From Eledone cirrhosa (taxonomy: Eukaryota): a stretch of DNA of 64,000 nt. The stretch covers positions 56,854,001 to 56,918,000 of the forward strand of contig OZ024744.1 in NCBI GenBank assembly GCA_964016885.1, read 5' to 3'. Positions 16,326 to 28,488 of this stretch are shown here, in pieces (the first letter of the stretch is position 1; every line of letters starts with the position of its first letter). Under the pieces are notes generated by a model. That model was given only the letters and a program-made list of their open reading frames with translations. It made no database searches and was not told where the DNA came from. Made by a program: the position numbers and the translations under genes.

Positions 16326-16894
16326 GTGAAACAATGTGTCTCTGTGTAGACATCTGTTGGCTCCGACTACATGTGTTCCAGTTCTTTGATGAACAGAACA
16401 GCCTGATCAAGGAATTAATTTGCACACAGTTGAGTATTCCACAGAAACACACACACAAAAACGCACAAAAACACACACAACCACACACACATATACCATA
16501 TATATGCAAATATAAGCCAATCTAAATATAAGTCGAACCCGCCACCCTATTTTATGTCTGACAAATGGGCAAAACTCCAAACCCTGTAGACTCCCACTGG
16601 ACAAGATGCTAGTCTATCACAGAATTAAACTCCTCACTATTGCTGCTACTATTGCTGCTACTAAGTAACTAGAGTAATGTAAAATGAAGTATTTTGCTCA
16701 AGAACACAACACACAACCCAGTCCAGGAATTAAGCCCATGATATTATGATTCTAACTCCTACACCCTTACCACTAGGCCACGTGCCTCCATGATATATAT
16801 ATGTATGTATGTGTATGTATGTATATATATATATGTATATATATGTATGTATGTATGTGTGTCCACAACCATGTTTTTATATAATAATAAAATA

Positions 16895-17020
16895 ATTGTT
16901 TCTACTTTTGGCACAAGGCCAGCAATTATCCCAGTGGTCCTTTATTTTATCGACCCTGTAAGGATGAAAGGCAAAGTTAGCCTCAGCAGGATTTGAACTC
17001 AGACCATAAAGGGGCGTAAT
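16895..17020 (-). mobile_element. tRNA-derived SINE (Nin/Deu-domain-like family), partial
   Basis: Matches the family exemplified by 21309-21495. Confidence 0.8.
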
Positions 17021-17139
17021 AATAAAATAATAATAATGAAATTATTGTGTACAGTGCTGAGGTGCACTACAACTCATCAAAGGTGCATGTATAGTACATA
17101 GGGTAATGTACAAATGTCAGGAAAGTGAACAATATGTCC

Positions 17140-18685
17140 CGTAACTTATCTTTGAAGAATACGTGGTCAGAGAGATGGCAATTTTTGCTTGGGAATGAAT
17201 AAGTGAAGCTAAGCCATTAAGTAGTGTTGTACACAAGAGGTGTGATGGAGGGGTTACTTAGCAAGACTATTCACAGGCAAGCAGCATAAATACAAGCTTT
17301 ACTGGGTAGGAAATGATGATGGGTTTGGTGGTGTAGGCATTGTACTTGCTGGGAAATGGATAGATAAGGTGATTGGGGTAGTTAGAGTAAGTGACAGAAT
17401 CATCAAGCTTAGATTAGCTGTAGGAAATAGACTGATGACAATTATATCTACCAATGCACTACAGGCAGGACTGGGAAAATAACAAAAACACAGGTTCTAT
17501 GAGGAATTTTTATTGACAATCTCAGTTACTGATGAAAGAGACTTCATTATCTAGGATCTAGGCAGATGACATCAATGGACATGTTGAACAGGATTAGGAT
17601 GGATTCATTAGAGTTCACAGTGGCTATAGTTATGGCTAAAAAAAATGAAGAAATAGTGAAGATCCTGGAATTCTGTATTGCAAATGAACTAACCATTTGC
17701 ATAACAAATTTCAGGAAACCTGCCAGCCATCTCATTACATACCAATCAGGTGAACACACAAGCCAGATTGATGTCTTATTTGTAATATGAGATAAACAGA
17801 CAGACAGTAATAAATACTAAGGTCTTTCCTGGGAAGAATATACCACCTAACACAAGTTGTTATTAGTGACATCAGAATAAACACAAGACAGCACAAGATA
17901 CACAGGAAAATAAGGAAACGGGTATGGAAACTAAAAGATTGTTAAATATAGTTTTAGAAAGGCCCTACAGGATGCATTTGATGAGAGGGGCAATGAGTTA
18001 GATATATATGACATAGAGGAGAATTAGAAATTCTTGCATGACAACTTATTGTGAATGACTGATGAGATTTGTGGCTGGATTAATGTGCTAGCCAGACTGA
18101 GGGCAACCTGGTGGGGGAACAGCGCAGTGAATAGAGCCATTAAGACCAAGGGACAGGCATGGAAAGACTGGAAAAATGGGGATAGCAGAGACCAGTACCA
18201 AACTAAGAGAGAAGTTAGATGACAAGTATACATAGCTTGGAAGGAGGCTGAAGAAAGTTTTAACCAATGTCTTGAGACATAAGGATCAGAGACGTCAAGT
18301 GTTCTGCATCACAAGTCAGTATGTCAGTGGAAATTGGGATGTTGTTGGGGGAAAATGTGTTTGAAATGACACTGGTGTAGTTAGTACCACTGATGTTCAA
18401 AAGAAAGAAGCCTGGAAATGCTACTATGAGAGAATGATGAATGTAGAGAATGAATCAGAGGAAGGGAGACCACCCACAAGGTACCCAACAGGAACCAGCT
18501 ATTGAAATTTATAGTTATAAGGTCAAAGAAGTAATCAAGGAGATGAAGAATGGGAAAACCACAGGACAATCAGAGATAGTTGGCTTCAGGCTAAAACCAT
18601 CAGAATTACGAGTAGCTGTCAGTAATGTGAGAGTATAGAGTGAGTCCAATGAAGAATTAAATGTGCAGGGAGCAGTATATCAGTA
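17140..18685 (+). mobile_element. Degraded RTE-clade LINE (APE endonuclease, tether and RT start)
   Basis: Fragments such as ILEFCIANELTICITNFRKPASHLITYQSGEHTSQID and VKEVIKEMKNGK, with many stops and frameshifts. Homologous to 61385-63222. Confidence 0.85.
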
Positions 18686-18689
18686 GGCC

Positions 18690-20030
18690 CTGTCAGAAGC
18701 AAATGTCTCCAACTGATCTGGCTAGATTCCCGAGTGAGACCAGCCAAGCTCATAAATGTTATCTAACCATTTTGCTCGGGGTCTACCTCTAGGTCTCTTG
18801 CTGGTTGGTTTTCTCCGTGAAATCTGTCCAGCGATTCTTTCCTGAGACATTCTAACCACATGCCCTTAGTATTAGAGCTGTGCTTTCTCAATTCGGAGAA
18901 GTAGCAGCTCTACCTGGAGTAACATTACTCCAAAGACCCTTTGGAGGAACCCCATTTTGGCCGCTTGTATTCGCGATCATATTCTTTTGGCCATTACCCA
19001 AGATTCATAACCATAGGTATGGGTTGGCACGAATACAGAAATGAAGACAGCAAGTTTGGCTTTTACACCTACCTCCCTTCTTCTGATTACTGAATGCTGA
19101 AGTTGGCACATTACTGCACCAGCTTCTGTGATTCTTGCACTTAATTCAACCTCTTGCTTTCCATCACTTGTCAACATGGTTCCAAGAACTTCTCCACCTG
19201 CTACAATGGAACTCCATTCACATGTAAAGTGCACTGTGTAGGCTGATTTTCATTCCAGCCATGCAGCACTCAGCATCAAGCCTATCAAGTGCAAGTCAGA
19301 GATCACCTTCTGTCAAATTAAATAACACCATGTCATCTACAAATTCCTGCCAACTGACTTTACACCCACCAGTCACGATACCAGCATGGCTACACTTGTC
19401 AATCTTGTTCATGAAAATAAAGATTTCTTATATAGGCACAAGGCCAGCAATTTTGGGGGAGGGGAAAGTCGATTAAATCGACCCCAGTGCGTGATTGGTA
19501 CTTTATTTTATGGACCCCGTAAGGATGAAAGGCAAAGTTAACCTCGGCGGGATTTGAACTCAGATCATAAAGGGACGTAACTCTATGCGTCAAAGCATGG
19601 CGTCCGACCCTCTACTAATACTGCCAATCCACCTCCCTCCTGTTTGTGAAAATAATGAACAGGTGAAGTGACAGTATGCACACTTGGCAGAGTCTGGCTT
19701 CCTCATTGAAGGATTTCGATTTAGCACCATTTATCCAAACACATATACTCAGGCATTTGTATCAGGGCTGCAAGAAGCTGACCATCGATCCCATACTCAT
19801 CGGTCTCTTCCACAGCAGGTCCTGAGGAGTCCGGTCATATGCCTTTTCAAGGTCGACAAAACAACAATATACTTCTGGACAATGCTCCCACGATTCCTCA
19901 AAGACCTGCTGCAGTGCGAATACTTGGTCGGCTGTGCTGCATCCGTGGTGAAAACCGCACTGTTTATTAGCTAGCTTGGACTCAACAATCTCCCTGCATC
20001 TCTTTGCTAGACACTTAGCATAGACTTTAC
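18690..20030 (-). mobile_element. Second RTE-like LINE fragment (RT and C-terminus), opposite orientation, interrupted by a SINE
   Basis: KVYAKCL..QCGFHHGCSTADQVFALQQVFEESWE..CFVDLEKAYD and VKAKLAVFISVFVPTHTYGYESW. Confidence 0.88.
19425..19637 (-). mobile_element. tRNA-derived SINE, near full length, nested in LINE
   Basis: Reverse complement of the 21309-21495 family, including A/B boxes. LINE sequence resumes on both sides. Confidence 0.88.
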
Positions 20031-20034
20031 TAGG

Positions 20035-20740
20035 GAAGCATAAAAGAACTAGAGAATAAATTCTGATTATGGAAACAGAATTTGAAATCAAAAGGGCTAA
20101 GAGTAAACTTAATAAAAGTGTTAGTAAGTAGAAAAGAATATAGGACTCTGATTCCTTCAGGAAAGTGGCCCTGCTCAATATGTAGAAAAAGAGTAGAAAT
20201 AAACTCTATACAATGTACACAATGTAAATGAATACACAAGAGATGTAGTGGGTTAACAGGTAGACTAACAGGAAGGGAAGACTTTGTATGTAGAATATGC
20301 ACAGAGATAATCGAGGAGAAGAGTGTCAGTGATATAAATGTTTTCCGATCACATGAAGAATCCATAGAAGAGGTTGCTAGCTTCTGCTATCTAGGTGACT
20401 TAACTATCAGTGGAGGATGGAAGAAGTTTAAAGAATTACTCCCACTGTTGATAATAAAGGGTTTCTCCCTACATACAAAATGATGGCAGTATGATGCCTG
20501 TGTGTACAATGCTGTATGGCAGTGAAACATGGGTAGTGGCTGCAGAGGATATCCATAGGCTGGAGAGAAAGGAAGCAACCATGCTTCATTGGATGTGCAA
20601 TGTAAATGTGAGAGAAAGGGAGAACTTGAATGAACTGAGAAAAACTGGGTTTAAGAGGAATCCAAAGTGGTACGCAAGAGAGAAGACTGCATTGGTATGG
20701 ATGATGCTGATAAAATAAAGTATTAGTATGATAAAATAAA
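20035..20740 (+). mobile_element. RTE LINE 3' portion (continuation of 17140-18685)
   Basis: ELENKF*LWKQNLKSKGLRVNL, Zn-finger-like PSGKWPCSIC and MLYGSETWVVAAEDIHRLER. Confidence 0.85.
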
Positions 20741-20799
20741 GTCATGCACTAAGGTCGATTTAATCAACTTTCCCCTCCACCAAAAATTGCTGGCCTTGT

Positions 20800-21295
20800 G
20801 ACTATAAAGCAGTTTTTATCTGTCTGGTGGCCATGGCGAAAGAGATAGTGTGGAGGATGCGTTTAAAAGGGCTGAAGGCATCTTTGGTGATGCCCTGATT
20901 AACTTTTTCAAATTTCATTTCAAAAGGAAAATCAGGGTAGAGAGGGAAGTACTCTCTTCCCAGCATTTTGTTGAAAGATGGGTGAGAGAGGCAAGCATGG
21001 CCCGAGTGAATGGGCCTACTCTGAGAATGCGCCTGTAAATTGAAGGTGGAAAACTGGGAGAGGACACTTGCCTTGGTCAGTGTCACCGTGGCTTTTTTAA
21101 TGGGCTTTCTCCACGAATGTCCCTCGGAAGTCTCCCCCCTATTGCGGAATTTTTCATTGTTTCTTTTTTTGTTACATCCTCTGTTTTTGCTTTTTTTACA
21201 CGCAGAAATGCCCATTTGTACCGTCCTGTATTGTCCTGTATTGTCCTTAATGTTTTACTTTGTGTAAACCCTTGTGGTTAATAAAGAAAGCATTA
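20800..21295 (+). mobile_element. 3' end of a LINE (L1/Tx1-like, tentative)
   Basis: ORF end FFKFHFKRKIRVEREVLSSQHFVERWVREASMARVNG..., T-rich 3' UTR, CCCTTGTGGTTAATAAAG then an (ATT)n tail. Confidence 0.5.
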
Positions 21296-21308
21296 TTATT
21301 AGTAGTAG

Positions 21309-21495
21309 GGCGGTGGATTGGCAGTATTGGGAGAGGGTCGGACGCCATGCTTTGCAGCATAGAGTTACGGCCCTTGCCATTCTGAGTTCAAATCCCGCCA
21401 AGGTTAACTTTGCTTTTCATCCTTACGGGGTCAATAAAATAAAGTACCAGTAATGCACTGGGTAATTGCTGGCCTTGTGCCTAACGTAGAAACAA
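21309..21495 (+). mobile_element. tRNA-derived SINE, full length (Nin/Deu-domain-like)
   Basis: A box TGGCAGTATTGG, B box GAGTTCAAATCC, central CTTTGC(C)TTTCATCC..GGTC(G)ATAAAATAAAGTACC domain and (ATT)n tail. More than 15 copies in the window. Confidence 0.9.
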
Positions 21496-21689
21496 TTATT
21501 ATTATTATCATTTTTTTTACATCCATTTTTCCATGCTAGCATAGGTTGAACAGGATGTTTTGAGACAATGTTTAACAGCTGGATGCCCTTCTTGACACCA
21601 ACCCTTTTAGTCACCTCACACAACTTGTAAGGAGACAACATACCTATTTAAAAACTAGGATATATATGGTGTGTATATATATATATATA

Positions 21690-21980
21690 TATGGCCATAA
21701 TAATGATTCATTTATTGGCCACAAGGGCCGACATATAGGGGACAATACAAAATACTGGGACAGTGGGGTTTTACAGAAAAATCGAGTAAACAATATGAAT
21801 AACAAAGTAACAATAAAAATACAAGAAAAATTCCCCATAGTGGGGATGACCACCCAGGGTTCGCTCAGGTACCCCACCAATCCTGAACGGCCCGACGCAT
21901 CGAGAGCACCCTGGAAGGGCACCCCTCTCCTCCTCAAATTTACCCACCTACAGGCGCATGACCAGAGTAGGCCCACTCAC
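21690..21980 (-). mobile_element. LINE 3' end related to 20800-21295
   Basis: The minus strand ends CCCTTGTGGCCAATAAATGAATCATTATT, the same tail motif, after a T-rich UTR. Confidence 0.5.
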
Positions 21981-21983
21981 ACG

Positions 21984-22215
21984 GTATCTACTTTTTGGCA
22001 CAAGGCCAGCAATTACCCAGTGCATTACAAGGCCAGTAATTTGGGGAGAGGGAAAAGTCAATTAAATCGACCCACTGCGTGACTGATACTTTATTTTATC
22101 GACCCCATAAGGATAAAAGGCAAAGTTAACCTTGGCGGGATTTGAACTCAGAACGTAAAGGGACATAACTCTATGCTGCAAAGCATGGCGTCCGACTCTC
22201 TACCGATACTGCCAA
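21984..22215 (-). mobile_element. tRNA-derived SINE with duplicated tail
   Basis: Family match. The CAAGGCCAG(C/T)AATT tail segment is present twice. Confidence 0.85.
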
Positions 22216-22242
22216 TTCAATAACAATAATAATAATAATAAT

Positions 22243-22590
22243 GGAGCCTGCGTGCTCCGATGGATGTGTAACAGTAATATACGTGAACGACAAAGCATAA
22301 ATGAATTGAGAGAGAGACTGAGCATAAGAGGAATCAAATGCTGCGTGCAGGAGAGGCGGTTACGCTGGTATGGACATGTGATGCGTATGAAGGATGACAG
22401 CTGCATAAAAAGGTGCAGAGCACTAGAAGTTGATGGAAACCGCGGAGTGGGGAGACCCAAGATGACCTGGGATGAGGTGATAAAAGCCGATTGTACCCAA
22501 TTACACCTCTCAAAGACAATGACACACGACCGTGACTTCTGGCGTCACGCAGTAATACAGAGTACCCGACCTCCCATGGGTACAAGCTGA
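22243..22590 (+). mobile_element. RTE LINE 3' fragment
   Basis: MLRWMCN..ERRLRWYGHVMRM..VDGNRGVGRPKMTW. Confidence 0.9.
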
Positions 22591-22599
22591 AGCATATAG

Positions 22600-22882
22600 A
22601 CAATATGCCCCCACTCCCCCCACCGCAAGGTGGTCGTGGAGGTGCCACAGCAAAAAAGCACCCAGCCCACACAGTAAAGTGGACGTGTAGGCGCCACGAA
22701 AAAGCACCCAGCACTCACTGTAAATGAGGTTGGTGTTAGGAAGGGCATCCAGCTGTAGAAATCAAGCCAAATCAGTTCCTGTATGAGCAAGGCATGGTCA
22801 GCCGACCAGACACTGCCCACAACAGGACAACCTGTCTAACCCATGCTAGCGTGGAAGAACGGACGTAAAACGGTGATGATGA
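22600..22882 (+). mobile_element. SINE-like element with RTE-type 3' tail
   Basis: Subrepeats G(T/C)GCCAC..AAAAAGCACCCAG..CTGTAAA and tail ACCCATGCTAGCGTGGAAGAACGGACGTAAAACG(GAT)n. Related copies at ~39640-39980, 40540-40585, 51475-51518 and 51690-51870. Confidence 0.65.
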
Positions 22883-22884
22883 AT

Positions 22885-23570
22885 GGAATTAATGTGTACA
22901 GTGTTCAGGTGCACTACAACTCATCAAAGGTGCATGTATGAGTACATAGAATTATGTACAAATGTCAGGAAAGTGAACAGTGTCTGAGTCATGATATACA
23001 TGTGTGCATGTGTATGAAGAGGGGATATCAGGTGTAGTGTTGGCGAATTTCAAGAAGCATGGAGGTTTTAAAGGATGCAGTCTCGGCAACTAAAAACTGA
23101 TGCAGGGAGTTTGTTCCGCAACTCTGAGTATGAAAAAAATGTTTCCGAAAGTCATGGAAGCGGTGTTGTTTTCTGACTTTGTAGGCATGCCCACGTGTGT
23201 TAGACACATGGAATTCTAAAAGGTGCTCAGGGTTGTTGTTGGCAAGATGGTTAATAATTTTGAGGGCGTTTACCAAGTCAGTTGTCAGATGTTAGAGATT
23301 CACTATACCCATGCCCAAGGAAGCAAGGCGTTCAGAGTATAGTAGATGCCTGATGGAGAATATTTGCTTGGTTGCACATCTCTGAATCGTTTCCAGGAGG
23401 TCAATATTCTGAGCAAAATATGGGTTCCAGACTGGTGATACAAATTCTAAGTGTGGCCACACCATAGATATATACAGCTTTAAATAGATAACTGGAGAGT
23501 GGCTGACAAAGGTCTTGCTGAGTAATGCCAAGACACCCTCGGCATTCTTGACAATTTTGGAAATGTGCTT
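22885..23570 (-). mobile_element. CR1/L2-group LINE 3' fragment
   Basis: LKLYISMVWPHLEFVSPVWNPY..IQRCATK..YSERLASLG and SNTRGHAYKVRK..RKHFF. The 3' UTR also occurs at ~17035-17130. Confidence 0.85.
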
Positions 23571-23584
23571 GATACCTAAATGAC

Positions 23585-24440
23585 TATCACAAAACTTTCA
23601 GTAGCATCAAAACTAAGAAATGCTAAAAGCTCAAAATTGATACATGTTAAATTATAGATATCAACTAAATATGTCTGAAATTATACTTATTTAGGATCAT
23701 TGACACACAAGTTATGAGCAAAAGAGTATTTTTATTTTTTTTAAATGAGATGGTCAAAATGATTCAGACATTGTTCTAACTTATTTCGTTACTGATGTAT
23801 GTGCTTGTTTGGCTGCCGTGAAGCATGCTTAAGCATCTGATTGGTCATTGATCAGCTGATCCATCACATGTGTTGTACATGCACTCACATAACATGCTTA
23901 ACCCTTTAATGTTCAAACCGGCCAAAACCAGCCAGAATTCTCTACCTTTTTCTGTTGAAACTGGCTGTAACTGGTCACTCAAACTGATGTTAAGGTATTG
24001 TTCTCAAAATAAATACTTTCAAAATCTCATAGATTCGATATTATGTGAGATAATTATGTGAGATAAAGCATTTACCATGAAAATACAATAATATATATAG
24101 AGTAATGTGAATGCCAAAAGGTTAAGGGACTTACAACACCTGCTTCTATCTGGGAGTAAATTGTTAAGTTATGTCAGGAAGATTGACTCTCCATAGCCAA
24201 AAGAGTTAAGCGCCCCAAAAGTGTCATACAGGATGTACTAAAAAGATACAATGACACAGGCTCATGTAGCACCAGAATTTCAGTGCATAGACCAAGAAAA
24301 ACCTTGAAAAAGGATAGAGATGATAGAGATGATAAAGTCATTGTCTGCATTGTAAAAAAAAGACCATTTCAAGACACGTGCAGTGATTTCCGTAAATATA
24401 AACGACTCTATGAGCATCAGGAGATTGTGTGAAAATGAGG
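23585..24440 (+). mobile_element. Tc1-like DNA transposon remnant (left end and paired-like HTH), interrupted by a MITE
   Basis: ~24190-24430 reads SIAKRVKRPKSVIQDVLKRYNDTGS..RPRKT..D..IV and SIRRLCEN, resembling the Tc1 transposase N-terminus. Confidence 0.6.
23902..24121 (-). mobile_element. TTAA-flanked (piggyBac-type) MITE
   Basis: TTAA|CCCTTTAATGTT ... ATGCCAAAAGG|TTAA, the reverse complement of 28489-28709. Confidence 0.8.
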
Positions 24441-24702
24441 ACATATACTGTGTAGACCCAATAGCAGGAGCAGCCATCCAACTTGACAGTAGTATGTAGT
24501 ATATTGTGTCATATTCATCCATGTAACACCTTTAAACTTATCAACTGATAGTTGCATTAAGGTAGCATTAAGTATAATCAGGGAGCATATGAAAGCATAG
24601 TCTAATGGTAGCCTTGCTATCAAAGAAAATGCTGTTGTATTTTGTTGTTAAAAAAATTAAATTAAAAAAATTAAATATCACAGATATCCCAGTAGCTGTT
24701 GA

Positions 24703-24753
24703 GAATGCCAGACAGCTGTTTCAAGATTCGTTAATCTTCTGTCAGTGACATTC
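24703..24753 (-). ncRNA. Type I minimal hammerhead-like motif (variant core) in a Penelope-like repeat (~24445-24905)
   Basis: Minus strand GAATGTCA-CTGACAG-AAGATT(AACG)AATCTT-GAAA-CAGCTG-TC-TGGCATTC. Stems I and II and the palindromic stem III are present, but the core reads CTGACAG rather than CTGANGA. Confidence 0.65.
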
Positions 24754-25023
24754 AGCCAAACTGTACTGAGATGAAAATAGACTAGAGCCTATATGGATTT
24801 TACGTATTGAACATTTGTTAGTGATGCTCATTTGCATATACCAACTAGAATATATCGGCTGGGAATGCTTGTTTGCATATAGTCCAAACTTGGCTATATA
24901 CCCCTATTACATTTATCAATCTTTTTTGTCTTCCTCAATTACTTGAACCTCTTCCTTCTGTATGTAGCTTTGTCCAACTGTTGTCATACACACACATATA
25001 TATGTACATACATACACACATGT

Positions 25024-25056
<33 letters not shown>

Positions 25057-25057
<1 letters not shown>

Positions 25058-25247
25058 ACGAAGGAGATGTGGTAAGGAACCAGATGAACCATAACGCACC
25101 GGAGTAGTCAATACTTAGGGTAGTAGAGTGGGTAATAGGAAAATGTTAGACCCCGGCGGCAGAGCTCAAGCCGTTTTGACGGCTATTTCAGTCCAGAAAT
25201 ACCCGACGAAACGGCTTGAGCTCTGCCGTCGAGGTCTAACATTTTCA
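25057..25247 (-). mobile_element. Penelope-like fragment with 5' fold-back hairpin
   Basis: Imperfect ~48-bp arms within 25139-25246, (TA)n-flanked. The 3' body is nearly identical to 31580-31671 (+). Confidence 0.55.
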
Positions 25248-25260
25248 CATATATATATAT

Positions 25261-25790
25261 CATCATCATCATCATCATTTTACGTCCGCTTTTCCCTGTT
25301 TGCAAGGGTGGGACGGGTCCTATTCAGCACAGCATCTCTCCACTTGTCACGGTCCTTCGTCATCTCCACCGTGAGCTTCAGCAATCTGAGGTCTGTTCTC
25401 ACCACCTCCGCCCATGTTTTTCGTGGTCTACCTCTACCACGTCTTCCTTCAACTGGCATTTCCTGGCACTTCTTCACCCATCGGTCATCCTCGATGCGCA
25501 TCACATGTCCATACCATCGCAGTCTCCTCTCCCGCACACTACATTCTATCCCTCTCAGACACAGTTTCTCTCTCAACACATCCATGCTGGGTCGTTCTCG
25601 CACATTTACACTGCACATCCAACGGAGCATGCTTGCCTCAATTCTCTCCAGCCGTCGCATATCCTCTGCAGTTGCTGCCCATGTCTCACTACCATGCAGC
25701 ATAGCGCTCCTCACACAGACATCATATAACCGGCCTTTCGTACACAGGGAGAAACCCTTCTTCGTCAATAGAGGAAGCAGCTCCCTAAAC
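25261..25790 (-). mobile_element. RTE LINE 3' fragment, well preserved, (GAT)n tail
   Basis: Open 162-aa frame KGRLYDVCVRSAMLHGSETW..RRLRWYGHVMR..GRRGRGRPRKTW. Confidence 0.93.
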
Positions 25791-25811
25791 TTATATATAT
25801 ATATATATAAC

Positions 25812-25963
25812 TGTTTCTACTTTTGGCACAAGACCAGCAAAAATCCAGTGCATTATTGGTACTTTATTTTATCGACCCCCGTAAGGATGAAAGGCAAAGT
25901 TAACCTCGTCGGGATTTGAACTCAGAATGGCAAGGACCGTAACTCTATGCGTCACAGCATGGC
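25812..25963 (-). mobile_element. tRNA-derived SINE
   Basis: Family match to 21309-21495. Confidence 0.85.
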
Positions 25964-26749
25964 GTGTGTATATATGTACATATATATGTGTGTATACATA
26001 CATTTATAGGCGCATATAAGTATGCATTCATACATCCATACACACATACATATATAGATACATACGGTCGTAGGTATCTACATACAAGGGTTGCTTGTTA
26101 TAATAGTTATAATTATGTAGCTGGTTGCCACATTATTATAGGATTATATCCTAACGCAGATGTTTAGCATACACTAGCTTCACTCACTGACTGCAAATAG
26201 GTACTAAAAGATAAGTTGGTCTTTTGCTATAAGCAGTTGTAGCAATTAACGCATATACTTCGATAGCTCTAAGCTCTTGGAAGCAGCATAGTGTAACGGG
26301 AGGAAAGTATTCCGGAGTAATCCCCCTTTGACGTATTCTCCTAAATCTCACCAATCACAACCGAAACAACTTAGATCAGACAATCTACCCTTTAGTAAAC
26401 TTATCTAGAATGTTCGTCTATTTTTATTTATTTATATCTCTGGTCAAAAGAATTTACTTTATTCCTTCCCCTTCAATGTGTTTTTTCTTAGGTAAACCTC
26501 TATTTAAAAAATATAATCATATGCGTAGGCTTGGCTGTGTGGTTAAGGCGTACACTTCACGCTCATGTAGTTTGAGGTTCGCTGTCAGGGCTGGATTTAA
26601 TGGAGAGCAAAGGAAGCAATTGCCCCGGGCCCCCCAAAATAATATAATACGTAATTACATAAATATTCCATATTAAAATATAAATTTTAAACGAAAGAAA
26701 TTGTGTTAAAATCACGTTTCACATAAAAATTTAATTCATGGCACCTTAT

Positions 26750-27022
26750 AAATATAATTGTTTCTACTTTTGGCACAAGGCCAGCAATTATTACAGTGTA
26801 TTACTGGTACTTTATTTTATTGACCCCGTAAGGATGAAAGGTAAAGTTAACCTTGGCGGGATTTGAACTAAGTCCGTAAAGGACGTAAGATAAATATAAT
26901 TGTTTCTATATTGGCACAAGGCCAGAAATACCCAGTACATTACTGGTACTTTATTTTATCGACCCCGTAAGGATGAAAGGCAAAGTTAACCTCGGCGGGA
27001 TTTGAACGTAAGATAAATATAA
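26750..27022 (-). mobile_element. Two tandem partial SINE copies
   Basis: Both copies end in the same flank ACGTAAGATAAATATAAT, consistent with local tandem duplication. Confidence 0.8.
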
Positions 27023-27975
27023 TATACAAAAATATACAATCAAAGCAAAAAAAAAAAACATCAATTCAACACTTAGTGCGTTAATTGGTCACACACCACA
27101 AGAGTCATCGAAACTTTTTGAGGCAAGCCAACGTGTTCACAGCATTACTGTAGATGATGGCGAGGCTAAGGTGCTGAAACAACCAAGTATCTTCATGGAC
27201 ATCACCTGACAACTTGGTAAGTCGAGCCACTAACGATACAAGAACTTCGTTGTCAGTGACTCGGCTCAGAGTCAAAAATGCTTCAGAGGACACAAAGACC
27301 AGCGGCCAGTGATCAACAGAAAGACAATCCACAAGGTGGGTGACAGGTAGATGAAATGTAGAAAATATTGAAAGAGGAGGACAAGAAATGACTGGAAGAA
27401 GGAAATAAAGAAAGGCGATGTATAAGACAAGTTTACACACATATATCTTCACCCTCACCAGCTCTCAAACCGGCAAATGGTTTCGCACAATTTAATTGAG
27501 AATATCATTTTAAAATGCTGGATTGTACAACAGAAAAATAAATCTTTCTGCTAGTATGATGTGTATGTGATAAAACAAACAGCACAGATAGAAGGACGAA
27601 AGAAAAGAAAGAAAATAAAATAATGGGATACTAGACTTCAAGCTGTGGTGTATGTCCTAAATATAAAGCTAATCATAGCCAATAATAAAGTTGAATATAT
27701 ATAAAAATGAGAAAATTCATCGCTAAAACAGCTGTTAAAACAGCTAAATGCTGTCAAAGATAGCAATGGGCAAAAATGCCTAAGAGGACAGAGACCAGCG
27801 GCCAATGGTCAACAAGAAATGAACACCAGCAAAACCCATGTTCATGAGTGTGTGTCACTTTACATCTTTGTGTGTGTGTATATATATATAAATATATATA
27901 TAGCGGCGATGAATTAGTTTTGCGAGGTTTTTTATATGAAATCGTGTGTCGAAACAAATATTGTTATACTTGGGG

Positions 27976-28006
<31 letters not shown>

Positions 28007-28488
28007 TATCCACAGTTAGTTATGGGGTCTAGTCTGCATGAAGAACTCAATGTAATCCATATGTTGATAATGTTGTAGGTTAAAATAAATCCCGGAAAAC
28101 AAAAAAAATCATCAAAAGGAAAACAGTCATGATATAAGTTAAAACAACGAAACAAAAATTCAAGTCATTAGGAAAATACTTCACTGCTTTACGATCGTTT
28201 CAAGGTGATAATAATACATCGTACGCATATTTCGTTATCGCTCTATCTAAGGTTAGTTACAAAATATCAAACTCATTTTTGCCAGCTGAGTAGACTGGAG
28301 CAACAGGAAATAAAGTTTCTTTCTCAAGGACATAACGAGACACGCCTCCGGGAATCGAACAAATTACCTTACAACCTTACAATTGTGAGCCAAATACCCT
28401 AACCACAAAGCAACGCGTCTTCACATATGTATATATATGTGCCCACGATCTGATCCGTGACCTAATGATTGCAAAGCAAACTCCTTAA

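Noticed and set aside
14560-16525. Cys-rich keratin-associated or metallothionein-like ORFs
   Set aside because: All three frames are open and similar because of the GTCACA(GT)n satellite.
21309-21400. tRNA genes at GAGTTCAAATCC motifs
   Set aside because: A/B boxes belong to the multi-copy SINE head, and no full cloverleaf is evident.
24415-24500. RLCENEDIYCVDPI as the missing AMN VWC exon
   Set aside because: It lacks the CCxxCG ending and a good acceptor. It is the junction of the Tc1 remnant and the adjacent repeat.
26280-26400. Promoter (TGACGTA, CCAATCA motifs)
   Set aside because: Short motifs expected by chance, with no linked first exon identifiable.
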